Shown: in pieces, positions 7,949-13,742 of the stretch
How positions within the stretch are numbered: position 1 is the first letter of the stretch
Layout of the letters: every line of letters begins with the position of its first letter
From: a virus
Taxonomy: Duplodnaviria; Heunggongvirae; Uroviricota; Caudoviricetes
Length of the DNA stretch: 16,462 nt
Virus record (IMG/VR): IMGVR_UViG_3300000059_000156
Location: 1-16,462 of that record
Direction: 5' to 3' (one strand)
The notes under the pieces: model-generated
The model's input: the letters and a program-made list of their open reading frames with translations, nothing else
Told to the model about the DNA's origin: nothing
Database searches by the model: none
Program-made: the position numbers and the translations under genes

Positions 7949-7964
7949 CCCCTCAGAAGAGGGG
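7949..7964 (-). terminator. Candidate terminator of the 7971-8204 minus-strand gene
   Basis: Perfect 6-bp GC stem CCCCTC / GAGGGG with 4-nt loop AGAA, 7 nt past the stop codon on the minus strand. The downstream minus-strand sequence (UUGCACAUUUAAAAUAUU) is only moderately U-rich. Confidence 0.35.
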
Positions 7965-7970
7965 CTACTC

Positions 7971-8204
7971 TCACTTCTGCAGTATCTCGCCAATACCTGC
8001 CAGATTCTCGTCCATCTTGTCACCGTTTTCGATAAGGATGGAGTTGAGCCGATTCAGTTGCATAGCAATTTCAAGTTTGATTAAGGTATCCACCGATACA
8101 CCAGTTTCTTTTGCTAACTTAGTAAGAGCCGCAGCTCGATTGGCTAAATTAAAATCATCGAACTCATAACGACTTCTGCACGGCTGGTTGCCTAACGTAC
8201 CCAT
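7971..8204 (-). CDS. Hypothetical small protein (77 aa)
   Basis: ORF with SD GAGGAA about 8 nt upstream of the ATG on the minus strand, followed by a hairpin. No family recognised; the segment LTKLAKETGVSVDTLIKLE could be HTH-like, but that is speculative. Confidence 0.6.
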   Translation of the reverse strand: MGTLGNQPCRSRYEFDDFNLANRAAALTKLAKETGVSVDTLIKLEIAMQLNRLNSILIENGDKMDENLAGIGEILQK

Positions 8205-8446
8205 AGTGATTCCTCATGATATAAAGACCCAACAATATAAATTACCAGGCACATCATAAGATGGGGTTCCAGCCCATATTTTCAAATATTTGCAAGTATC
8301 ACCGTTCAGTCTAAAAAGTTGGATGATGATTTAACGAGCCATAACAAAACCCTGCCTCGGAGGTTTTTTCTTTTTTATAGAACTCAGCGGCGTGAAAACG
8401 AATAATAAATTGTGCAAATAATGCAATTTTTTTATTCGAGGTAATT

Positions 8447-9088
8447 ATGAAAACCTTCTATGAGGACTGGCCTGAAACTTTCGTTAGCCGGTTAGATATG
8501 TTACGAGCTCTGGATGATCGCGGCTCTACCCGGAGGCTCTATCTTGAGCGGACCGGGGCAATATTTGACGCTCTGGCAGAAGAGATACGTACAGCCGTTG
8601 CCGGGCATCCTGAAATCGACGCGAGTGAACTTGATATCGGGCCGCTGTATCGCTATTACAAACGTGGAGAAAAGGGGAATTCGCTGGCTGACTTACTTAT
8701 TAAATTGGCTCCACCAACCTGTGAACGGGTTCGTATATCTCCTGAAGTGTACACAATCCCGTATTTGTTTTTTGCACTGTTGATAGCGCAAGGCGCTGAC
8801 AACGATGCCCGCGATTTTTTCAATATGATGATGCGACCGTTAATCATTGCTTACCGTTTCAAACAACTGGCGCGCTACCTTGGCACGAAGGGCGGAGGAC
8901 GGCCACAGCACAGATTAAAAAGCGAAGCCATTGAACTGGCTGATCGTTTTTTTACTGAAAACCCGACAGCGCCATTATCGCGTGGTGTGCAATACATATC
9001 CGGTATTTTTGTGGCGAAATACTCTGACCCACCTGCAGCGTCGACGATTAGAAAATGGTTAATTTCAATTTACAGGAGTGATAAATAA
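8447..9088 (+). CDS. Hypothetical protein (213 aa), prophage accessory gene of unknown function
   Basis: ORF with SD GAGG 6 nt upstream of the ATG; backbone-like GC content; no recognisable motif. Confidence 0.7.
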   Translation: MKTFYEDWPETFVSRLDMLRALDDRGSTRRLYLERTGAIFDALAEEIRTAVAGHPEIDASELDIGPLYRYYKRGEKGNSLADLLIKLAPPTCERVRISPEVYTIPYLFFALLIAQGADNDARDFFNMMMRPLIIAYRFKQLARYLGTKGGGRPQHRLKSEAIELADRFFTENPTAPLSRGVQYISGIFVAKYSDPPAASTIRKWLISIYRSDK

Positions 9089-9096
9089 TGACCATA

Positions 9097-9145
9097 AACG
9101 GTTTAATCCCCTATAAAACCGTTTAATAAAATTCACGACGTGAAT
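9097..9145. promoter_or_regulatory. Two dyad elements downstream of the 8447-9088 gene: a 9-bp inverted repeat (possible terminator) and a 15-bp perfect palindrome (possible operator)
   Basis: AAACGGTTT (9097-9105) / AAACCGTTT (9116-9124) separated by 10 nt; then the palindrome ATTCACG-A-CGTGAAT at 9131-9145. Confidence 0.3.
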
Positions 9146-9239
9146 ATAATTGTTCATTATTCCCTCATTGTATCTGGCGTTATGACAAATGCCATAAAAT
9201 ACTGTATAAATGCACAGGTAATGGCGTTAGGGGGAAGAC

Positions 9240-9419
9240 ATGAATATTCAAGAATCTATAGGCGAACTACCGGAAACATGCCGGGCTGTTATCAAGCGTA
9301 AGGACGGACACATCGTTGGTGTGCGTGTTCTGACTGATGATGAACGGATTGCCAGCCTGATGGCGTTTCTCGAGTTGGCAGAAATAGCTGGATATACTAT
9401 TACACCCCCTGACGCGTAA
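9240..9419 (+). CDS. Small hypothetical protein (59 aa), absent from the supplied ORF track
   Basis: My own translation: MNIQESIGELPETCRAVIKRKDGHIVGVRVLTDDERIASLMAFLELAEIAGYTITPPDA. ATG preceded by SD GGGGGA (about 6 nt spacing); TAA at 9417-9419 followed by a terminator-like hairpin. Just under the likely 60-aa cutoff of the track. Confidence 0.45.
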   Translation: MNIQESIGELPETCRAVIKRKDGHIVGVRVLTDDERIASLMAFLELAEIAGYTITPPDA

Positions 9420-9435
9420 AACACGGTATAATATC

Positions 9436-9467
9436 GGTGCTGGATTGAACACCCGGCACCATTTTCT
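9436..9467 (+). terminator. Candidate intrinsic terminator after the small 9240-9419 ORF
   Basis: Stem GGTGCTGG (9436-9443) / CCCGGCACC (9453-9460), 8 bp including one G-U pair, 9-nt loop, followed by ATTTTCT (9461-9467). A TATAAT hexamer also sits at 9427-9432 just upstream. Confidence 0.4.
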
Positions 9468-9496
9468 GAACACTGCCGCGCCACCTGGAGTTAACC

Positions 9497-10093
9497 ATGG
9501 CGCAGCATTCATTTATCAGGGTATCCGGCGGTTCGCTAATACCCGCGACACCAGACACGCAACGCTGGTTGACTGAACGAGTCAAACCAGGTGCTGTTGT
9601 GTATGCAGATTTCAAACAGGCGCGTAATCCCGCGTTTCATCGTAAATTTTTCTCACTTCTCAACCTGGGCTTTGATTACTGGCATCCGTCCGGAGGGGCT
9701 ATTTCTCCTGCGGAGCGCGAACTGGTTCACGGCTACGTTAAATTACTGGCGTATTACGGTGGACACGGCGATGTCATGGCAGAGCTGGCTGATCAGTATC
9801 TTCTCGATGAATCGGAAAAGCGCGCGGGGAATATCAGTGCGGTGAAGTCGTTCGAGGCGTTTCGCGCATGGGCGATTATGGAAGCTGGGTTTTATGACGT
9901 TCATCAGATGCCAGACGGCAGTTTGATGCGCGTACCTCGTTCAATCTCGTTTGCTGCGATGGACGATCTTGAGTTCGGTCAACTGTATTCAGCCGTTTTA
10001 GATGTGCTGTGGAATTATATTTTGTTCCGCACGTTTGCCTCTCAGGAGGCCGCTGAAAATGCTGCCGCGCAGCTGTTGGATTACACATCATGA
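9497..10093 (+). CDS. Conserved lambdoid-prophage nin-region protein (I recall it as DUF1367-like)
   Basis: 198-aa ORF with SD GGAG 6 nt upstream; its stop overlaps the next gene's start (ATGA). Family name from memory of similar prophage proteins, not verified. Confidence 0.75.
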   Translation: MAQHSFIRVSGGSLIPATPDTQRWLTERVKPGAVVYADFKQARNPAFHRKFFSLLNLGFDYWHPSGGAISPAERELVHGYVKLLAYYGGHGDVMAELADQYLLDESEKRAGNISAVKSFEAFRAWAIMEAGFYDVHQMPDGSLMRVPRSISFAAMDDLEFGQLYSAVLDVLWNYILFRTFASQEAAENAAAQLLDYTS

Positions 10094-10383
10094 AAAAAAT
10101 CGACCTGAGAAAAGCTGCACGTGGTCGCGCTTGTACTGTGCGTATCCCCGGTGTGTGCAATCACAAGCCTGAAACCAGCGTACTGGCTCATTATCGTCTC
10201 GCCGGAACGTGCGGCACAGCCATCAAACCTCACGATATGCAGGGCGCTATCGCCTGCAGTGCGTGTCACGATGCCATCGACGGACGTACAAAAACGGATT
10301 ACGAGCGTGATTCCTTATTACTGATGCACGCTGAGGGAGTTTTCAGAACACTGGCTATCTGGCGCGATGAGGGGGTTATCTGA
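10090..10383 (+). CDS. ybcO: YbcO-like (DUF1364) putative Cys-rich nuclease-like protein of lambdoid nin regions
   Basis: 97-aa ORF. LRKAARGRACTVRIPGVCNHKPETSVLAHYRLAGTCGTAIKP ... IACSACHDAIDGRT matches my recollection of E. coli DLP12 YbcO almost motif for motif. Translationally coupled on both sides. Confidence 0.75.
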   Translation: MKKIDLRKAARGRACTVRIPGVCNHKPETSVLAHYRLAGTCGTAIKPHDMQGAIACSACHDAIDGRTKTDYERDSLLLMHAEGVFRTLAIWRDEGVI

Positions 10384-10622
10384 TGAATAACGAGTATTTA
10401 TTGGAATATACCCGCATAAAACTGCGCGCTGCATTGCGGGATTTGTCTGGTGGTTCTAAGGGGCAACTGGAAGCATTGTGTGAGCACCCACCGGCAGACA
10501 AAAACGCATACCCACGCAAACATATTCACCGTGTGCAGCTGGAGGACCGGACCGTTGATGCTCTGGTTACGCCAGTTTACGCTCTGGAAAGTTTTAGCAG
10601 ACGTCGCCCGCGCCGCCGATGA
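10383..10622 (+). CDS. Hypothetical small protein (79 aa) with Arg-rich C-terminus
   Basis: Start overlaps the ybcO-like stop (TGATG) and its stop overlaps the next start (ATGA), so it sits inside a tightly coupled operon. No family recognised. Confidence 0.55.
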   Translation: MNNEYLLEYTRIKLRAALRDLSGGSKGQLEALCEHPPADKNAYPRKHIHRVQLEDRTVDALVTPVYALESFSRRRPRRR

Positions 10623-11053
10623 ATGATTTTGAATTTGCTGATTCATCCTGGCGGCGTTCTGTGAACTCGCTGGATGCAAGTCAGCAAGCGTGGTTGCGTT
10701 ATTGCTACGGTGGTAACCTGGCGTTCAAACACCAAACAGCTATTTGTGAGGCTGTCTGGAGTCGCTATAAAGGACACATCCCCGCGTCAACTCAGAGAAA
10801 AGTAGTTAAGCGCCTGCTTTCGTTGGTGTGGTTGTCCGTGCAGGCGGTTGCAGCAGCAAATAAACGCGAGGATTTTAAGGAGATGGCCGGGTCTGCGCTA
10901 GCTGGAATGTTGTCTGTTTCTCGTTCCACCTGGTGCGAAACATACTCCCCGCACTGGGCAGGAATGAAAGAGGCGGTGAGAGCACTTGATGAAATGGCAC
11001 TTCTTGCAACTTTGCATCATTATCAGAACCATTTAGACGACGTTTGCGTATAA
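10619..11053 (+). CDS. Putative late-gene antiterminator (Q-like), assigned mainly by position
   Basis: 144-aa ORF immediately upstream of a promoter-like hexamer, a terminator hairpin and the lysis cassette, which is the canonical Q position in lambdoid phages. I cannot confirm Q family membership from sequence alone. Confidence 0.45.
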   Translation: MNDFEFADSSWRRSVNSLDASQQAWLRYCYGGNLAFKHQTAICEAVWSRYKGHIPASTQRKVVKRLLSLVWLSVQAVAAANKREDFKEMAGSALAGMLSVSRSTWCETYSPHWAGMKEAVRALDEMALLATLHHYQNHLDDVCV

Positions 11054-11054
11054 T
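11049..11054 (+). promoter_or_regulatory. Consensus -10 hexamer TATAAT, candidate late promoter (PR'-like) overlapping the Q-like stop codon
   Basis: Exact TATAAT at 11049-11054. No good -35 at 17 bp spacing: TTGCAT at 11012-11017 is too far and TTTAGA at 11032-11037 too close, which is not unusual for activator/antiterminator-dependent late promoters. Confidence 0.3.
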
Positions 11055-11118
11055 GCTTGCAAAACCGAACAAAATAGACCATATTTAACGCTAATTTGGT
11101 ATGTTGCCAAATTTCTAA

Positions 11119-11150
11119 GAACCTCGCCACGGCGGGGTTTTGTCGTTTCT
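11119..11150 (+). terminator. Intrinsic terminator between the Q-like gene and the lysis cassette (tR'-like)
   Basis: Stem CCTCGC (11122-11127) / GCGGGG (11132-11137) with one G-U pair, 4-nt loop CACG, extended by A-U pairs, followed by TTTTGTCGTTTCT (11138-11150). About 65 nt downstream of the TATAAT hexamer and 16 nt before the holin SD. Confidence 0.5.
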
Positions 11151-11165
11151 GAATCAGGAAAAATC

Positions 11166-11549
11166 ATGTCTGAACCTCTAACCGCTGGCGTTGCTGCTGG
11201 CTCGGCGGGGGTGACGTTTGCTGCGTTATTTCCTGAGGCAACACCTGCAGTGATGATCTGTGCGCTGGCAGGCGCAGCTCTCTATGTGTTGTCATCCGGG
11301 CAGCATCGATTCTGGAAGCAGGTTATTTTCGCACTCATTTCGTTTGTTGGCGGTGTGTATTGCGCTGAGACAGCGTCAGCAATCATTACCGGTATTCTGA
11401 ATGCGATGCTGAGTCACCTGAACCCTCCCGTAACAGTAAAAGTCTCTCCCGCCATTGGTGCACTGGTTGCATCAGTAATCAGCGTTACATCACTGTTGCG
11501 GATCATGTCACAAGCTCGTTTATGGAAATCAGATAAGGGGATGAAATAA
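11166..11549 (+). CDS. Putative holin (small membrane protein, first gene of the lysis cassette)
   Basis: 127-aa ORF with SD AGGA 7 nt upstream; 2-3 hydrophobic helices (AVMICALAGAALYVL, VIFALISFVGGVYCAETASAII, AIGALVASVISVTSLL) and a charged C-terminus; sits directly upstream of the endolysin. Confidence 0.6.
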   Translation: MSEPLTAGVAAGSAGVTFAALFPEATPAVMICALAGAALYVLSSGQHRFWKQVIFALISFVGGVYCAETASAIITGILNAMLSHLNPPVTVKVSPAIGALVASVISVTSLLRIMSQARLWKSDKGMK

Positions 11550-11824
11550 TGACCCTGCACTCTGTCCTCATCAATGCCAATGCAATTATCTGTCTGATGC
11601 TGGCACTGCGGTTAATGTTTTTTCAAAAAACAGGCCGCTATCGTTTTTTCATCTCACTAACTGCTTACCTGGCGATTCTGTCTGCTGCGTGGATAGCCCT
11701 ACGAATTTTTTACGGGAAATATACGCAGGTTGATCCCGCAGAGTTCTTTCTCAACCTCACCATCTGTATTGCTGTCTGGCGGGCACGAGGGAATATTTCA
11801 AAAATAACAGGAGACAGGTCATGA
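11549..11824 (+). CDS. Second small lysis-cassette membrane protein (holin/antiholin-like)
   Basis: 91-aa ORF whose start overlaps the previous stop; hydrophobic helices AIICLMLALRLMFF, FFISLTAYLAILSAAWIALRIF, FFLNLTICIAVW; overlaps the endolysin start (ATGA). Confidence 0.55.
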   Translation: MTLHSVLINANAIICLMLALRLMFFQKTGRYRFFISLTAYLAILSAAWIALRIFYGKYTQVDPAEFFLNLTICIAVWRARGNISKITGDRS

Positions 11825-12300
11825 CCGATCCTAAATGGCTAATTGAGGCTCGAAAAAACCTCGGCATTCGGGAAATGAAAGGGAAGCAACATGCTGCAGA
11901 AATTGTGCAGTACTGGAAAGATATTAAACGCGGCGGTATTAAGGATGACGAAACACCATGGTGCGCCGCCTTCACCGGAGCAATGCTGGAACGTGTTGGT
12001 ATTCGCTCAACGCGTTTTGAGTCTGCGAATTCTTATCTCGATTGGGGTAATGAACTGAAGGAACCCGCCTATGGATGCATTGCTATTCTGTCTCGGTCTG
12101 GCGGTGGTCACGTTGGCTTTGTTGTCGGGAAAAATGCCGCCGGGGATTTAATGATTTTGGGTGGTAACCAGGCAGATGAAGTAAATATCAAAGCTTTTTC
12201 TCGTTCCCGCATAACAGGCTATCGCTGGCCAGCAGGTCAAACGGATGTTCCACAATCACTTCCATTGGTGAATGCTGAGAAATCTATCTCAGAAGCGTAG
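11821..12300 (+). CDS. Endolysin, cysteine-peptidase type (CHAP / NlpC-P60-like; I recall this phage family as TIGR02594)
   Basis: 159-aa ORF. Candidate catalytic Cys in ETPWCAAFTGAM and His in SGGGHVGFVVG, with the Cys...His order typical of papain-like peptidoglycan peptidases. Position after two holin-like genes. Confidence 0.7.
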   Translation: MTDPKWLIEARKNLGIREMKGKQHAAEIVQYWKDIKRGGIKDDETPWCAAFTGAMLERVGIRSTRFESANSYLDWGNELKEPAYGCIAILSRSGGGHVGFVVGKNAAGDLMILGGNQADEVNIKAFSRSRITGYRWPAGQTDVPQSLPLVNAEKSISEA

Positions 12301-12307
12301 GTAAAAC

Positions 12308-12502
12308 GTGAAAAAACTTCTCTTAGCTGTCGCGTTCTTCACGATGGCAGGCTGCACACATTCGACATACACCGAAGCGACTCGCGCTGACGGCAGCAGT
12401 ATTAAACACGTGATGATCGCGCCGGGTACGAAGATTACTACTGCGAACGGTGGTTGTATTGATTCAACCGGGGCAGAGGCTTCATGCCTTGGTGGAAAAT
12501 AG
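12308..12502 (+). CDS. Small lipoprotein (64 aa); possibly spanin-related, but no i-spanin partner recognised
   Basis: GTG start with AGGT SD. Signal peptide plus lipobox LAVAFFTMAG-C (Cys16); small, Gly/Thr/Ala-rich mature part with two further Cys. No C-terminal TM segment. Confidence 0.5.
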   Translation: MKKLLLAVAFFTMAGCTHSTYTEATRADGSSIKHVMIAPGTKITTANGGCIDSTGAEASCLGGK

Positions 12503-12523
12503 GGTAATTTACTTTAACGAGAG

Positions 12524-12547
12524 GCCGCCTTTTTGTTTTAAGGCGGC
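12524..12547. terminator. Hairpin between convergent genes (lipoprotein gene on plus, 86-aa ORF on minus); candidate bidirectional terminator
   Basis: Stem GCCGCCTT (12524-12531) / AAGGCGGC (12540-12547) with a T-rich loop; 22 nt after the plus-strand stop and 15 nt after the minus-strand stop. No flanking U-tract outside the stem. Confidence 0.4.
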
Positions 12548-12561
12548 ACACATTCAACAGA

Positions 12562-12822
12562 TTAAGGTAACTGATTTGACCATTTTGTTGCGCGCCAGTT
12601 GTTCTGAACCATAATCTTCTGAAGTATCTCATCTGAAGGCTCTGCTTCGCCGCTTAGCCATTCTCTTAAAGTTGAACAATTTAGATAAGAGGAGTTCGCA
12701 CGATAAAAAGATACGATGGCGTCCTCTGATAACTTCTCAGGAAACTTTTTTGGGTCAGCTTCTTTTAATATTACGCTCATTAAGGCTTCAATTTTTTCTC
12801 TGTTCATTTTTTGCGTTCTCAT
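12562..12822 (-). CDS. Hypothetical protein (86 aa) encoded antisense to the late operon between lysis and packaging genes (moron-like)
   Basis: ORF in a locally AT-rich stretch (about 12.55-12.95 kb) with a protein-like, charged/helical composition. Weak SD for both candidate starts (12822 or Met6 at 12807). Lambda bor is a known opposite-strand gene in the equivalent slot, but this protein is not Bor-like. Confidence 0.4.
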   Translation of the reverse strand: MRTQKMNREKIEALMSVILKEADPKKFPEKLSEDAIVSFYRANSSYLNCSTLREWLSGEAEPSDEILQKIMVQNNWRATKWSNQLP

Positions 12823-13039
12823 GGTTGTTGTTTTTCTGTAATGATATCAATAAGTTCAAGATATATACATATATGGAAAACTTGTTCGGTAGTCTATCGA
12901 TACAGCACAAAAGGATGGCTCGCTGCCAAAGTGAAAGCTTACGCTGATAATCAGATACACAAAGCTGATGTATGCAAACAAGTACGCCGCGAGGCTACAG
13001 TTGAGTTTGATGAACCTGATGCGAGCCCCTAATTCCTGT

Positions 13040-13175
13040 CCTGAAAGGGAGATAGCCCCCTGGTCGCGGGTCCTTTCCGAAATCCAAAACACCGAGGGTC
13101 GGTAGACGCGCAAAAACTCACTCATTTTTAGTATTTTTTCATTTTGGGTATTTCCGGTTCCGGTGAGGATTTTTA
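13040..13175. other. Putative cos region (cosN/cosB) upstream of the terminase small subunit gene
   Basis: Position immediately 5' of the Nu1-like gene, as in lambda. The octamer TCGCGGGT at 13064-13071 is identical to the sequence I remember directly following the lambda cohesive end (GGGCGGCGACC-TCGCGGGT-TTTCGC). The rest is not obviously lambda-identical. Confidence 0.3.
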
Positions 13176-13742
13176 ATGGCAAGTCAGGCTGAGGTCGCAG
13201 CACATTTACTGCTATCTGATCGTCGTCTGCGCGATCTCGCAAAACTTCCGGGAGCTCCAGTCCCACAGGGACGTGGCGATTGGGACCTTGATGCCTGGCG
13301 CCATTTTTATATTCATTATCTCCGGAGTAATAGACGCGACACAATTGGTACTGACGAACCGGAAGTGGGGGACAATTCTCCCGAAAAAAATCGCGAGCAG
13401 TGGCTGAAAAATGAGGAACGACAGGAGCGAATCCTGATGGCACGAGTAAAACGCCGCATTCTCGCTAAACGCTACGCGCCAATTGAATTAATTAGCGTTG
13501 CTGTATCTCGCGTCGCCGTTGAATTACGTACCCGCGTCGAGTCGTGGCCACCACGATTGAAAAAGGTGTGGCCTGAAATGCCGCAGGAGGCGAGCAGTGT
13601 ATTACGAGAGGAGCTGGCGATAGCCCTGAATGAACTGGCAGACATACGAGTCGACTTCAGCGATTACGATGTCAGCGATATCGAACGCGATCTCGACAGG
13701 GTTGAATCCCTTGCGCGTGACGATACCGATGACGGGGGTTAA
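13176..13742 (+). CDS. Terminase small subunit (Nu1-like position and architecture)
   Basis: 188-aa ORF with SD GGTGAGGA 6 nt upstream; basic N-terminal putative DNA-binding region and acidic C-terminus; immediately upstream of and overlapping the gpA-like large subunit. Weak direct similarity to lambda Nu1. Confidence 0.65.
   Translation: MASQAEVAAHLLLSDRRLRDLAKLPGAPVPQGRGDWDLDAWRHFYIHYLRSNRRDTIGTDEPEVGDNSPEKNREQWLKNEERQERILMARVKRRILAKRYAPIELISVAVSRVAVELRTRVESWPPRLKKVWPEMPQEASSVLREELAIALNELADIRVDFSDYDVSDIERDLDRVESLARDDTDDGG

Noticed and set aside
7573-7970. A possible small HTH repressor gene in the 400-bp gap upstream of the ImmA-like gene
   Set aside because: Manual translation in both orientations gave only short or implausible peptides; the only longer ORF (about 57 codons from an ATG near 7880, plus strand) runs antisense into the 7971-8204 gene and lacks an SD.
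8341-8380. AAAACC...GGTTTTTTCTTTTTT element as a terminator
   Set aside because: The potential stem is only 5-6 mostly A-U pairs with a 10-nt loop, and it lies in the divergent promoter region between the 7971-8204 (minus) and 8447-9088 (plus) genes with no upstream plus-strand gene to terminate. More likely an AT-rich promoter UP-like region.
8514-8847. ORFs 8514-8783 (plus) and 8656-8847 (minus)
   Set aside because: Embedded in alternative frames or antisense within the 8447-9088 gene, which has a proper SD.
9248-10679. ORFs 9248-9484, 9267-9512, 9400-9615, 9876-10160, 10081-10269, 10398-10679 (all minus) and 9591-9845, 10121-10324 (plus)
   Set aside because: Overlap or antisense to the coupled plus-strand operon (small ORF, DUF1367-like, ybcO-like, 79-aa, Q-like); Arg/Ser/Cys-rich translations typical of out-of-frame reading of GC-balanced coding DNA.
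10875-11975. Minus-strand ORFs 10875-11072 and 11757-11975
   Set aside because: Antisense to the Q-like gene and to the holin/endolysin junction respectively; no RBS.
12438-13443. ORFs 12438-12632 (minus), 12672-12947 (plus), 12811-13032 (plus), 12856-13443 (minus)
   Set aside because: The 12856-13443 ORF runs antisense through the putative cos region and the terminase small subunit gene; the others overlap the hairpin or the 86-aa ORF, or lie in AT-rich DNA without an SD.
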